A DNA stretch of 64,000 nucleotides from Camelus ferus (Eukaryota), in NCBI RefSeq assembly GCF_009834535.1, contig NC_045707.1, forward strand, positions 46,564,001 to 46,628,000, in the 5' to 3' direction. This document shows, piece by piece, positions 1 through 13,982 of this stretch. The position numbers and the translations under genes are program-made. Numbering within the stretch: the first letter of the stretch is position 1; each line of letters opens with the position of its first letter. The notes below the pieces were generated by a model. It made no database searches, was not told the origin of the DNA, and was given only the letters and a program-made list of their open reading frames with translations.

Positions 1-1742
1 TGGCTCAGCTTGGGGGAAACAATGTTCTTGTCAAAAACTCTCGTCAAAAATATCCCAAATCCAAAGACATGATTGGTGAGGAGACCCAGTAAGGATTGAT
101 AGAAACTTCTGCCGGGTTAATGGGTCCAATCAGCCTGACTAGGTTGGTGTAACTAAGGATGTTGCCTCATGGCCCTGAGCAACTTGTATACAGTGACTGA
201 CTGACGAGTATTTACCTTTCCCCAGGAAATAAAGCTAACACAACAGGAAAGATGATCAATGTATATTTTAAAAGAATGTGTACACAAACAACCCCCCTCC
301 CATATGTTACTGGGTTTCCTCCAAAGAGAACAGATTATATCAAGTGTCTACCAGGCACTCAGTGTTTTATCAGGCTGTGGGAATTTCTGGCCCCCTTCTC
401 CAGAAGCTTAAAATCAAGTTGGGAAGGCAGGACAAACACAAGTGAAAAGGTTAGGCATCAAAGCAAGACATTTATAATGAGCTGAAAGAGTGATACAGAT
501 AATGGGTATTTCGGGAGATGAGGGAGAAACGTGATCTCGCCAAGCTTAGAGGAGTCCTCAGAGAGGAGGTGGAGTTTGAGCTGAGCCAAAGCATAGATAT
601 ACAAGAGTCAGTACAGCAGAGGGAAAAAGAGAGCAATCCAGGAAGGGGTTACAGTGTGGAAACAGGCATGGGAGCAGCACTGCACAGTGCACATTTGGAG
701 AACAGCAAGCAAGGAGGTTTGGCTAGAGTGAGGGATACGTGCACAGAAGACAGAATTAGAGACCATCAGAAGGGAAGGGTCTCCTCGGCTGTCTAGTACA
801 GTCTCGTCTTACAGATGAGGAAATGGAGGCTCAGAGAGGTTTGGGGATTCACCTCAAGTCACACAGCTAGTTATCCGTGAGAGATCAGCTGAGAAGACAA
901 ATCTGTTAGTATTAGTTTTGAATCGGAGCTGACAGTAAACTGGCTACAGAGAGGAAAAGGAATATCGGCCTAGGGTGACAGAACAGGGCAGTTCCCAACC
1001 AAGAATGCTGCTGGAGGCCGCAGGAGGTGCACGATAAAGGCTTACTGAAGAAACTGGTAAGTTTACTGCTACATCATTTCAGACAAGTCACGTGGTATCT
1101 CTGAGTTTTTCTCCTCCTCACTGCCCCTCCCCCAAGTGAATAAAAATCTCAACTTGACCTATGGTGGAACCACCCAGTGGAAAAAAATAGTCCTCAGAGA
1201 TAAAAGTCGAGGGGGAGTCTCAGAGGGTTTTAGATTCCTAACCTCCCAGTGGTGTGTGTGGGTATAAAGGGCAGAAAACAAAGCCCCTCTGTGGGTGGCA
1301 AGTGGGCTGGGGAGAAGGAACACCTGTTTTTTCCTTCTTTTCAGCCCTATAATCTCTCATTTCTTTGAAGTTGTGAGAAATCAGGTGCTTTGTGTATTTC
1401 CATTATAAAGGAGCTAGAACTGAAAGGTTAAAAGCCTCAGGAAGGTGAGCAGAGACAGGGGTTGGGGCCAGACCTCCATGTGCCTCACCCCGGCAGCTTC
1501 TGAGTAAGGAAGGGAACTATCTTGGCAGGTTCCCAGGAAGCAAGGGGGTTGGTACTTCCAGACATGGTTAGGGAGGTTATTACATCTAGATTTCCAGAAA
1601 TTTCTTTCAGGCCATTTCTGGGGGTCTCTGAGCAGTTCACAAAGCAGTCCGGTATATAACCCACAAGCAATAAAAAATGAAATACAAAAATTAAAAAAAG
1701 CACAAAATGGATCGACATTGAAGAAGGCACAGAGAAACCAAC

Positions 1743-1880
1743 CTTAAGTAACTGGCCATCTCCAGTCCCCAAGAATACAACAGTCCTGTTCAGTACCACG
1801 GTGCCATAAACCGATGTCAGGTCGGAATGGATCAAGGTAGATGAAGCGATTGGTTGGACTCTTTCAGGTTGCTCCCCTTC
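1743..1880 (-). CDS. PLXNC1: Plexin C1 coding exon 2 (46 codons, Sema domain continuation)
   Basis: Translates EGEQPERVQPIASSTLIHSDLTSVYGTVVLNRTVVFLGTGDGQLLK, containing the plexin/Sema motif FLGTGDGQLLK. Preceded by a T-rich tract and aag acceptor, followed by donor AAG|gttggt. Phase 0/0 matches exon 1. The 5' boundary (1880 vs 1883) is discussed in findings. Confidence 0.93.
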
Positions 1881-4386
1881 CTTCGGAACACGCACACAAA
1901 CGCACAAATAAAAAAAAAAAAAGATCATTTTTAACAGCAATAATTCTCAGGATGATGAAATGTTACTCTTGCCCACCTGGGAAGTAACCTACATGAGCCC
2001 CAAATACGTTTTCTCAGATAAGCCCCAGGAGCAACCTTTTATCCCCTTTATCTGCAGAATCACCACACTTGCCCAACCCATAGAAAGCCATTTGTTTACT
2101 ATGTATTAGCATGTATTGATTGCCAGCAGCGAGCTAGCCATGCATTTAACACTCCCCCAGCTGATATATGAAACCGCGTTCCACTTTATTGCCAAGAAAG
2201 CGCCCACTACAGAATTGGGATGGAGACAATCTCATACTTGGCTGTTTGCAGGATCATGCCACAATTTATTTTAGCTAGGGGACTGACTTCTGTGAGGTTA
2301 AACAAGCCATCTCCCAAGATGTGAAACGGATCATCCTATTGGGTGCGATGGCAGAGAGGAGGGATTCTGGACTTACAAGAAGAGTGCACTGTGTTAACTC
2401 AAAGACAGGGTAATTAATTCAGAGGGTAAAGAGGGAAAGATAGAGTCATGGATCGTGGTTAAGACATAGCCACAAAGCTAAAGAGGAACCAAGCACAACG
2501 GCTCGACCTGGTGCCCATATTCTTGAAGAGGAAACGAAAGGCGTAACTCCCAACCTGAAGGCATTTGTATGGTCTCAGGCTCTGAGCTCATATAATCACA
2601 TGCTCACTCCTGATCATTAAATAAAGCCCCTCTTTAAACCCAGAGCAGAGAGTGTTGTTGACCAAAATGTCTTTTTCTTTCTTGTTTAAAGGCATGAAGT
2701 ACTTCATGCTGTTTCCTGCCTTCAACGACAGGAAACCGAGTTTGTTACACAAATCTCTGGAAGATACAGAGCTAGAAAGAGTCGTTGCCTTCTGTAGCTA
2801 CTGAACACAGTGTGATAGCAGACTTTATCTGCCAGAGCTCAGTTCCCAACTGTACTAAGGTTTTCAAAGGCACATTTACGTTTCAGCCAATGGGGGAGCT
2901 GGCAAACTTCTGTGAGCATCACCACAACTCCTAGTGTCACTCTGTCTGGGGAGGGGGAGGTGGGCAGGGGAGGCTAAGACTTATTAACTTCATTGTATTA
3001 TTGCCGACAGTGTTTATGGCTTTCAATTTATGTCTTATTAAGTATTCATTATTTTTAAACCCACCAAGTTTCATTAACATCTAAACTAAATGGATTCATG
3101 GACTAAATTGATTTCTGAAGCCTTTAAAGTGCCATCTATATCTCTTTGTTGAAGTTGCACTGCAAGGAAAAGATAAGCAGCGAGGATTTCTCCAATGTCG
3201 TGATCTCTTTTCAAGGAAGAGATGTCATAACCTAAGAGAAAGTGACTTATTTGCATAATATATTCCATAGTGAACTCAGTTTAAGAAGATTTTTAGAAAG
3301 CCCATTAGAGATTTTTTTTTCCTGTTAAAAAATACTTTTCACACAGTCAAGGAAGATGAGGAACAGTCCTATTAAAATGAAGTTAAAAAAAATCTGTGGG
3401 TCTAAGAATCAGAACAATAGATCACTGTTTAGATAAGGATACCTCGTGACTATGAACATAGGAAGAAAAATCGTATGACCTTTAGATTTAAAAAAAATTA
3501 AAATCACACCACACATCTTGCTTTAAAATAAAACCAGAATTGTTCAAACTTAAGATCAGCTGACCACACATCTTATTTTTATTAAATATTTGAGCATCCC
3601 AGAAGTGCTTAACTCAGAGAATTGGACGTCATCTGTCTGGACATCTGGGATGTTCTAAAGTCACTATCTTTGGCTAGAGGACTCCATTCTCCCTCATCCC
3701 ACGACTCAGAAAGAGTAATGACTGTGGATTGTTGATTATCCATCCACAAGGACCAAATGGGGCAGTGTCCTCCCATATCTGGTATACAGTAGGTGCTTTA
3801 TAACTGTAGCTATTCAGATTAGCCAAGAACCATGACATCACCGTTAGCCTTTGCTGAGGTGAGATGAGATCATCTGTTTGTGAAAGATGGGCTCCAAAAA
3901 AACTAGAAGTGGCTCAAAAGCTGAAAAGGAACAAGGAGAAAATTGCTTCTAAATTACTGTCCCATCCTCTGTAGTTATCCTTCCCTGACTTCTGACTATT
4001 TCTCAATAATTGCAGTTTTCCAAATTAAGTCCTGGATCAATAATAGCACAGGTAAGTAGTACAGCCATAAAATCAATGTTCCCAAACTTGAGAGCAGGTG
4101 GCGTAGAGCAAAGCACTTGGGACTAGGGGGTCAGAGAGGTTAGGTTTGCATTCCTAGTTGGTTCTCACCCACTGAGTGATCTTGGCAATTTATTGAACCC
4201 TGTTGGGGGTTGGCTTTCTTAGCTGTGAATAAGGTCAATGGTGCCTGATTGGCAGTGGTTATGAAGGAGAGATAATAATGATCACAGTAATAGTAACATG
4301 TTGATACATGTTAGCTGGTATTATTAGTAACTTGCACTTACTATGTGCTACTTGGGGTATTTTATAATACTCCAACTAATAAGGCC

Positions 4387-4620
4387 AGCATAGGGTAGTG
4401 AGCTGCGCCTCCAGGCTTTGAATCCTGGCTCTGTCACTTTTTAACTAATTTCGTGCACATTATTTTACTTCTCAGTTTCCTCTGCTATACAGTGGAACTG
4501 ATGATAACAGCATTTATGCCACAGACTCGCCATGAGGACTGAATGGGTTAGGATACAAGCCTCAGTAGAGCTTAGAACAGTGTCTGGCACATAGTAACGT
4601 GCAATTCACGTTTACTATCA
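4387..4620 (+). mobile_element. MIR SINE
   Basis: gaatcctggctctgtcactt...ctcagtttcctc...cttagaacagtgtctggcacatagtaa. Confidence 0.8.
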
Positions 4621-4639
4621 TGACCTTATTTAAAACACA

Positions 4640-5190
4640 AACAGTTGCTGCCACACTCATGGCAGTTTTTCCCACCTTCTTCTTTGCCACAAAGCCCTAA
4701 TTTTGTTCAGGTAGCAATGAACGCAAGCCTGGGGAAACCATGCTCAGTCTAACCCACACAGTAATCCCATTCCCCATTGCCTGGTACTTACTTTCCTACC
4801 CCTTAGAGCTAGGGGTGGCCATGTGGTCCAGTCTGGGCCAGTAAGATGCAAGAACTCCCCTGGAGGGGCTTCTCAGAGTAAGTTTCCTCCCTGATAAGAG
4901 GAGGCTCTTGAGGAATGCCCATGTGCCCTCTTCCCTCACTTCCTTCCTTTGAAATGTGTGATGTGAGGCCATCCCGGCAGGGTGGCAGCAACCATTCTGC
5001 TTCTCGGACATTCAAGATAGAAGAGGAAAACCAACAGATCGGTGCAGGGGAAGGAAAAAAGACCCTGGGTTCTTGAGGACACTGCAGAGCACAGACTTCC
5101 AACCTTTAAACTTTTTACTAACAATAGATGTCACGGTTTAAGCAGCTGTTGATTAGGTTTTCTGTTACTTACAATCCAAAGCAAGTCCCT
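4640..5190 (+). mobile_element. MaLR LTR (MLT1-type) solo LTR
   Basis: ggggtggccatgtggtccagtctgggcca and the 3' end gttttctgttacttacaatccaaagc are typical of MLT1. Confidence 0.65.
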
Positions 5191-7473
5191 GTGTAAGAAA
5201 TGAGAGTCACAGCTATTGTACGTGGCACTAGACTCGAGCTTTTCCTCAGCTATGAGGGACCAGGAACTATCCAAGTGCTTGTTCCACTGGGGGGCCCTGG
5301 CCACAGTCAGGATTGTGTAGCCAATTACAAGAGCGAGTCTGGAAGCAAATAGGAAAGAGCGGGCTTGCACCTCACGTAAACTCCAAGGGCTGCTCTGGCT
5401 GAATGGAAATGGATTCTTTTGTGCTGGAAACGCACAGAAATGGACAGGTCTCTGTGAATGGAAAAAGGAACCCTCTGAATGGCTCTCTTTTGCTCATTTC
5501 AGCAAATGAAAACAAAAGAAAGACAGGCTCCAGAGAAACCTGCTCACAAAAGTGAAATTACTACCCAGGTTGCCAAGTAGAAAAAGGGGAGAAATAGTGC
5601 AGTGGGCCCCCTGTGTCCAGGGATTATTTTTACTTTTTTTTTGGCCTATTTTCTGCCTTGCCCTTCTCTCCCCTCAGGGCATAATCGCTAATGTTGCTCT
5701 CAGCCTATTCTGTCTAGTTTATTATGTGTAATTTATTTCTGAATCCCAGCCTCTGCTTGTTCTTCTGTGTGTAACAAGGTTAATGCCTTGTAATGATGCT
5801 TTTGCCAGTTCTGCCTTTCATGACAAAATCCAATCTTGATTTAGCTCTAGACCTTGTCTCCCCTTTGGGCTTTCTCGGTTCCCTCAGAGTTGTCACTCTG
5901 TTTCTCCTGCCTGCCATGTCTAACCACACGACCCGCCTACACTTGAGCCCGCTCTCAGAGGGAAACTTTTTTTAGTTGGAGGGAGAAGCTACTTTGTCTC
6001 AAATGACGTTTGGGCTGAAAAAGAGAGCCTTGGGCTTGACACACCAAAGTGGAATCAAAGCTACTGGGAAGAGGTGAGCACTGATGTGTGTCAGAGTGTG
6101 TGTGTGAGTATACAGGGAACCATATCACATGTGGCTGTATCATGAGGGAACAGCTTCTCCTCCTGTAGCTTCTTTATACTATCTTTCATTGACTGCTGAT
6201 CCCCTCCCGCCCAGTATGAAGTACACAACTCCAGGGGGCGCCAGCCCTGTATTCTAGGGTGTGAATGCCACTCTGAACGTAAGTAACATGTGGCTCTGCC
6301 CCTACCATCCAGAAGATGGCCTGACTCAGCAAGGCTCACACAGGGCACTCACAGCCACACTGCAGCTATTACGGGAACAGCTGTAGGAAATGTGCACAAA
6401 AATGGGGCCTCGGGTGTTGAGGAGCCAGCAAGAATCAGGTCTTTGACCCCCAAGGTGCTAAAAGGACTCCCTTATTTGGGTTTTGCCTTAAAGGGCCAGG
6501 GCGAATCCCACCTGGGTGCCTAGGAACTTCTCACACACTGATAATCTGCATTTTGGGCAGTTGATTCTGCAGTCTGCTCCTCTTTGGCACATACTTCTTT
6601 GAAGCAGTTTCTTCATCCTTTCCTATTACCTACCAAGGAGCCCACTTGCCATTAGAAAACCTCAGCAGGAGCCCTACACCCAAGTTCTGGCCCATTCAGT
6701 CCCTAACAGGCAGCTTGACTGGCAAGTCCCTGAACCTCAATAACCAAATCTATAAAATGGATCCAGTAATAACACATGCCCTGCCTATTAACATTGTTGT
6801 GAGGCCCAAATGAAATCATTTGTGAAAATAATTAGAAAACCATCTTTTACCACGCCAGAGAATAGAAAGAATAACTATTCACCCAAGTTAGATGGTGGTT
6901 TTATTAGCCATTAAGGCTCCTGTCACTTTTCTTTATTCTTCTAGACTATACAGCATTGATCAGGTTCTAAGTTTATGGTATCTCTCTGACCATCTGAAGG
7001 AAGAATTTACTTTGGGGACTCAAATAATCAAAAGGAAAAGTTCAACGTGAGCAGGTGGAATAAAGGGAAGTTTAGGGACATACCCAGGCAGCCTCTACAC
7101 CAGGCAAGTGGGGTGGGTTGGGTGGGGGGGAGCGTGCAGTAGAGCCACAGGAAACATGTGAAGTGGAAAGTTTGTATTTCACATCCTCCCACATGCTCCA
7201 CCTGTTTCCCTCCCTCTCAGGGTCCCAGTATCCTCCAGCCTCCCAGCCCTACCTACCACCAAAGTCCCATTCTCCAAGATTTATCCTTCCTTTTGCCTGC
7301 TTTACACCCCTATCCCCCATCTAAATCTCCATCCCTACTTGTGGCTAATTTCAGTCAATTACTTATGAAAAGACTCCTTAACTCAAACAATTCACAAAAA
7401 TATATGAATGGCTGATAGTGTAAAAAAAAAATGCATTTTCCTAAATTCTTAGAGTTGCGAGAGACTCAATCCA

Positions 7474-7690
7474 CCAATGTTTTTCCACGAGGAAGCTACT
7501 GGTGTTCTAGAGGAGATATTTCTTCATTATGGGGGCTGCCCTTCGTGATGTAGGACTTTTAGCATCCTTGATTACTGTCCACGAAATGCCACTGGCTGCC
7601 TGCATCATTTAGACTATTGCAAAAACTCCCTCCCCCACATTTCTAAATACCCTCTAAATAAGTGGCATCATCTTCTTTGAGAACCAATGG
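7474..7690 (-). mobile_element. MER20-like hAT MITE
   Basis: gggggctgccc...tgtaggacttttagcatcc...aaatgcca and terminal ttgagaacca resemble the reverse complement of MER20. Confidence 0.65.
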
Positions 7691-7699
7691 AATCTATCA

Positions 7700-8555
7700 C
7701 AAGGCTTCAGTTTCTGGAAAATGGTTATTTAGACACCTCTTTCCTCCCCCTTCCTCGCTATCTTCTCCATCGTGGTGAATGGCACCACCAACCACCCTCA
7801 GTTTCTCTCTTTCCATCACTCTTCACATCCAATGCATGACAAATCTCAGCTAAACTTCCCAACAAACTCAAGTCTACCTTCTCCATCTCCATGGTCTCCA
7901 CCCAGTTCAAACCCCCATCATCTTGTTCCCGATCTACTGAAAGAGCCTCCTGGTCTCTTTCAACCTACAATCTATTTTCCACCTAGTTGCCAGAGTAAGT
8001 CTTTAAAATATACGATAGGCCATGATACTTCTTTGCCTAAAATTCTTCAACGGCTTTCAAAACTTAAAATTAAATCCAAATGCCTCTCCGAGTCCTACCT
8101 GATCAGCCTGCTTCTTCAGACTCATTGCTTATTCCATTCTCCTTTAATCTGCTTCAGTTCCCACAGTATCTTTCTCTCAAGACTCTTTAACATGTTGCCA
8201 TCTTTCTGCCTCAGGGCCTTTGCACATGCTGTTCTTCTATTCTCCCTTCTCTTCACTCTTTGTAGGCTTTTTTTCCCCTTTAATCTTTCGTGTTTCAAGT
8301 TCAGTGTTACCTTCTCATGGACACATCACTATAGATCTTCCTATCCCTACCTCAGTTGTTATTCTGAGCCATAACACTCCATTTGTTTCCTTGAAAATAA
8401 TTACATTGCTTAAATTTTTTTCATTCAATGTCTGTCTCCCCAGAGACCCTAAGCCCTACAATAGTTTATCTTATTCTACACTCTGAATGCAGCATATACC
8501 TCAGAATCTGGCATGGAGTAAGTTGTCAATGAACATTTATTGAATGAATGAATAA
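7700..8555 (+). mobile_element. LINE-2 3' fragment
   Basis: cctcagggcctttgcacatgctgttc core and L2 tail ...caatgaacatttattgaatgaatgaat. Confidence 0.75.
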
Positions 8556-10469
8556 ACACATGGATCAATGTTTGAATGCTTTCAGTCAATATCTCACCAG
8601 GCAATCCTGGTACATTGCTAAGTAAGTCTAATCATTTCAGAGTTCTTCCACTGAGCCAAAATTTGCCCCTGGTAAACACTGGGCCTTGGTTCTGCCTTGG
8701 GGAACAATACCAACCTACCTACTCCTACTACCATGTAGCTTGGCTTTCTCTAAATTGCATATCCATAGCTCATTGACAGCTTGGAAGAGACAGTTTCTGG
8801 GTCTTTTGCCATCTCAGTCTATAGACAGTCTACAGACTCAGTGTACTTAAAATGAGGCTTTCAGAGGAAAACAAAATACTTTAGGTATTTTGGCATTCTC
8901 TAACGAAAGCAAAGAATAATGGGACTGTTCTTTTCTCATGATTAGAATGGTATAATTTATGAACAAGGCCTTGCCTTGAACTAACTCTTTAAAGTAAAAA
9001 CATAGTGGTAGCATGGAAGAGAAAGAACAAGAGATTTAGGGTAAAAAAAAGTGGGTTCAAGTTTAAGCTCTATTACTTATGAGCTGTGAATCTCTAAGAA
9101 GTTATTTAACCTTTAACCTTTTTAAGGCATCTTTACCCACCCACCCACTCCATCCCATCCATTTAGGGAGCACTTAGCTCTTGGCCAAGTCCTTGACCTG
9201 TAAAATACCGATGGGACTAAACTCCCTATTGTCAAAATAAGCCAATCAAATGAGTTTTGAAATAAAATGTAACATTTTGTCATTGGTGCCTGAAACACAC
9301 AGTAACTGAGTGAGTAGCTGGGGTGGGGGCTCCACTGACATCCATGGCTCATGGCTAGAATTCACAGGATCCAGGAAACTGGATGAGAAAAACAAATCCT
9401 ATTTCAGCGAACTCTAAATGATTTAATTTCACATCTCCTTTAATTATGAATGCAGGCCACAGTCATATTAACTGAACTTACGACTCTGTCACTAAAAGAA
9501 ATCAGATATTTTTGTATCATTTTATAGTTGTCCGAGGTATCTCAAAATATCGTTTGTGCTTATCTCTGCTTTGAAATTATGGTAGTTACCACTCCTAGAT
9601 CTTGCTATTTAATGTGTTAAGATGTATTGCTCTATCTGAAATTGGAAAATACATTTTGATATATCTGTATATCAATATAATTGGTTCATTTTGCAACTCT
9701 CTTTTTTTTTTTTTAATTGTATGTGTTTAAAACCATTATTCTGAGGAGGGATCTACAGGCTTCACCCAACACCCACAGCACAAGGGCTCAATAGAGTGAG
9801 GAACCCCTGGGTTAGGGGCACAGAGATGTTGCCAAGCACAGGAGGCTGATACAGGGTGACAACGCTCTGGGCTACCTCGCCTTCCTGCTGCCTTAGAGAA
9901 GCAAGGGCAGCACGAGGAATCCAATTTCTAAAACCAGTCCCTGACGGAGAAGGAGCCTCAGAAGGATGTCAATGTAGAAAAATTAGGAGCAGCTGGTGTG
10001 TTAGAGAACACACTTCTCAAGTGGACTCTTCCAAGACCATGTTGCAGGGCAGAAGGGACAGACCAGGATTCCAGCCTCATCGGTGAGGAATCTTCCCTCC
10101 AGGCTTCCTATAAACACAGCTCCAGGGACTTGGGAAGCTCTGACTGCACTGTGCGTCCCCTCAGCACATCTCCTCCACTAGACAGAGAGCACATTCTCTC
10201 CAGTTCAACGAAGGTTTATTGAGGGCCCACCGTGCATTAAATGGCATTATGGATGCCTGGGAAACAAGGATGAGACACGCCTGGCCACGCCCCTCAAGGC
10301 ACTTACAGCCCCAACAGCACCATGTTGAGCCCAACACAAGGCCTGACACATGGCAGGCCCTCCACAAAGGCTGACCAGTTCCTGACTTCATTGCCAACTG
10401 CTTGCTTAGTTGTTATTTCTGGCTGTTCCAAACGTATCTAAAAAGCAATAAAAATTAAACCAACTGGTC

Positions 10470-11427
10470 ACCAACACCTCTCAATTCTATGTCTTAAAAG
10501 CCTATTTCATCTAATCCCTCCTCTCCACCCTTACTGCCGCCCTCCCAGTTCAGGTCTCCAACATCCCTGAGTTGGATGATTGTCACCCATGGGAACCAGT
10601 TCTCTCCACATTCGTTGTGGCCACCACTCTAACTCAAAGGGCCATTATTTCTACTTCAGAACCTCCTGCAAGTTTCCTGACTCCTCTGGGGCCAAGTTTC
10701 ATCCACTCCCCACAGGGTAACCACTATTTAGGAATTCAAATCCAGTCATTTCACTTCCTTTCAAAGGCCCTTCTAAGCTTTGAGGAAAAAAATATAAATC
10801 TCCTTCCCACAGCCTGCAAGGCCTACAAGACTGGCTGCTGCTTCTTTCCCCAACCTCCTCTCCTAATATTCTCCCATCTCCCCCACCTTCCCTGGCCCTG
10901 ACCCTGCCACTTCCCTAAACTCAACTGCACTGGCCTTTGTTCTTCAAAATGACCAAGTCATTTCCCCTTTTGAGGCTCTGCTCCCCAGTCTGCTTGGAGT
11001 GCTCACTTCCCAGCTCTCCATGGGGATGTCTGCAACCATCCTTTCTCATCTTCTTGGTGTCAATGCAACCTTAAAGATGCAACCTTCCCCAACACCTCAA
11101 CTAACTAACTAACACAGCTGTTACATCCTCTTATTTCCTCCATAGCCCGAATCTGAGCCTGTGCCTCAGTTTCTTTATTTGTAAAATGGAATTAATGACA
11201 TTACCCATCACTTAAGACTATGGTGTGGATTCAATGCATTAATATTGGGAAAGTGTTTCCTTAGAACAATACTCAATGCAAAGCAGCTGCTCTAGAAGTG
11301 CCAGCTATCATTTCAATACGGAAATAACTTCCTTTGCTACATATTTTATTGTCAACTCTATTTACTACTGATGGAAATATTTTCACACAGTGCTTGGCAC
11401 ATAAAAGGAACTCAAGAAGTATTTGTG
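10470..11427 (+). mobile_element. LINE-2 3' fragment with nested MIR (~11155-11310), interrupted at its tail by the L1
   Basis: Pyrimidine-rich L2-like body; MIR core gtgcctcagtttctttatttgtaaaatgg; tail cacagtgcttggcacataaaaggaactcaagaagtatttg. Confidence 0.65.
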
Positions 11428-13243
11428 ACCAAGGAAGTGAAAGATTTATATGCAGAGAACTATCAAACACTAAGGAAATTAAAGATGACTTAAAGAAATG
11501 GAAAATATCCCATGTTCTTGGATTGGAAGAATTAATACAGTTAAAATAGCCATACTACCCAAAGCAATCTACAGATTGAATGTGATCCCTATCAAATTAC
11601 CCAGGACGTTTTTCACAGAACTAGAATAATCCTAAAATTTATATGGAATCACAAAAGACCCAGAATTGCCAAAGCATTACTGAAGAAAAAGAATGATGCT
11701 GGAGAAATAACCCTCCCAGACTTCAGACAATACTACACAGCTACAAGAATCAAAACAGCATAATATTGGTACAAAAACAGACATGGATCAATGGAAGAGA
11801 ATAGAGAGTCCAGAAATAAATCCAAAGACTTTTTGGTCAATTAATCTTTGACAAAGGAAGCAAGAACAAACAATGGAGTAAAGACAGTCTCTTCAGCAAA
11901 TGGTGTTGGGAAAAATGGACAGCTGCATGTAAATCAATGATGTTAGAACACTCCCTCACACCACACATAAAAATTAACTCAAAATGGCTTAAAGACTTAA
12001 ACATAAGACAAGACACTATAAACCTCTTAGAAGAAAACATAGGCAAAACATTATCCAACATAAATCTCAGCAATGTTCTCCTAGCACAATCTACCTAGGC
12101 AATAGAAATAAAAGCAACAATAAACAAATGGGACCTAATTAAACTTAAAAGCTTTTGCACAGCAAAGAAAACCATAAGCAAAACTAAAAGACAATCTACA
12201 GAATGGGAGAAAATATTTGTAAAAGATGAGACAGACAAGAGCTTATTTCCAGAATATATAAACAGCACGTACAACTTAATAAGAAAAAAACCAAACAACC
12301 CAATCCAAAAATGGACAGAAGACCTAAACAAGCAATTTTCCGATGCAGACATACAAATGGCCAATAGGCACATGGAAAAATGCTCAATATGGCTAATTAT
12401 CAAAGAAATGCAAATCAAAACTATAATGAGTTATCACCTCACACCAGTCAGAATGGCCAAACACTTAAAAAGTCCACAAACAATAAATGCTGGAGAGGGT
12501 GTGCAGACAAGGGAACCCTCCTACACTGCTGGTGGGAATGTAGTATGGTGCAGCCATTACGGAAAACAGTATGGAGATTTCTCAAAAAACTAAAAATGGA
12601 CTTACTATATGATCCAGCAATCCCATTCCTGGGCATATATCTAGAGGGAACCTTAATTCAAAAAGACACATAGACCCCAATGTTCATAGCAGCACTATTT
12701 ACAATAGCCAAGGCATGGAAACAACCTAAATGTCCATTGACAGATGATTGGATAAAGAAGTTATGGTATATTTATACAATGGAATACTATTCAGCCATAA
12801 AAAATAAAATAATGCCATTTGCAGCAACATGGATGGACCTGGAGAATGTCATTCGAAGTGAAGTAAGCCAGAAAAAGTAAAATACCATATGATATCATTC
12901 ATATGTGGAATCTTAAAAAAAAAAAAAAAAAGAGAGACACAAACTTAATTACAAAACAGAAACAGACTTACATAGAAAACAAACTTATGGTTACTGGGGA
13001 AAAGGGTGGGAAAGGATAAATTGGGAGCTTGAGATTTGCAGATACTAACTAATTACATAAAATAGATAAACAACAAGTTTATACTGTATAGCACAGGGAA
13101 CTATATTCAATATCTTGCAGTAACTTACAGTGAAAAAGAATATGAAAACGAATATATGTATGTTCCTGTATGACTGAAGCATTATGCTGTACACCAGAAA
13201 TTCATACATTATAAACTGACTATACTTCAATAAAAGCATATTA
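11428..13243 (+). mobile_element. 5'-truncated LINE-1 (ORF2 C-terminal region + 3' UTR), antisense within PLXNC1 intron 1
   Basis: Frameshifted ORF2 fragments (e.g. [51 protein letters not shown]), cetartiodactyl-type 3' UTR with AATAAA, and a degenerate TSD aagaagtatttgtg (11414-11427) / aaaaactatttgtg (13244-13257). Confidence 0.95.
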
Positions 13244-13982
13244 AAAAACTATTTGTGTGCACCAGTGATTATCCTAATCAGTTGTTTGGCCTCTCATCTT
13301 GCCTCATGCGTTCTGAGTGATTTCTCTAGAACACAGTTGGATCATGCCTGCTTTGAGCCCTACTGTTAACCACTATCAGCCATAAGCCATGGTTTTCACA
13401 CCCTGCTCAGCAGAGTCCTAAAAGTTCCTTTGAGATGCTTCAGGGATAGGCATGGGTGAGGATGGGGTGAGTTGCAGGATGCTGGGAACCTCCCAACCCC
13501 AGCTTCACCCCGAGTCCCAGCACTTGGCAACAGCATCACCCAGAATAGCAGGTCAATGATGATTTGTTAACATACTGGGAGCTTCTGGTTAAGACTTATT
13601 TTAAAGATCAGGTTTGGAAAGTCTGAAAACGACTGACCATCAGGATAAAATCCAGCTACCTCTGCCATTCTCATTAAACCCTTCGCCATCTGGCCCTGCA
13701 CACTTGTTTCTGGACACCCCCCAGCCAGGGTGGGCTACCTGCGGTTCACCAGCTTATTCAACTTCCTGCTTGTGCACAAGCTGTGCCCTCTCTCTGGAAC
13801 TCCCTCCCTTGCCTTCTTCACTGGACTTCAAGCTGTGGCTCCAGCAGCACATCTCTGAAGCCTCCCAGGTCCTCCTACACCAAGCCTGATGCTCCTTCTT
13901 GGGGCTTAAACGGAATCTTTTTGCTACATCTCATGTGACATCTTCCAGCACAAAGGTTTTACTCTCACCCTTTCTGTAACAG

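Noticed and set aside
7772..8374. 200-aa ORF
   Set aside because: Lies in a decayed L2; low-complexity Ser/Leu/Phe/Pro composition and no splice or domain support.
11837..13239. Cluster of short ORFs on both strands
   Set aside because: All are fragments or antisense frames of the broken L1 ORF2 and 3' UTR, not an active element or host gene.
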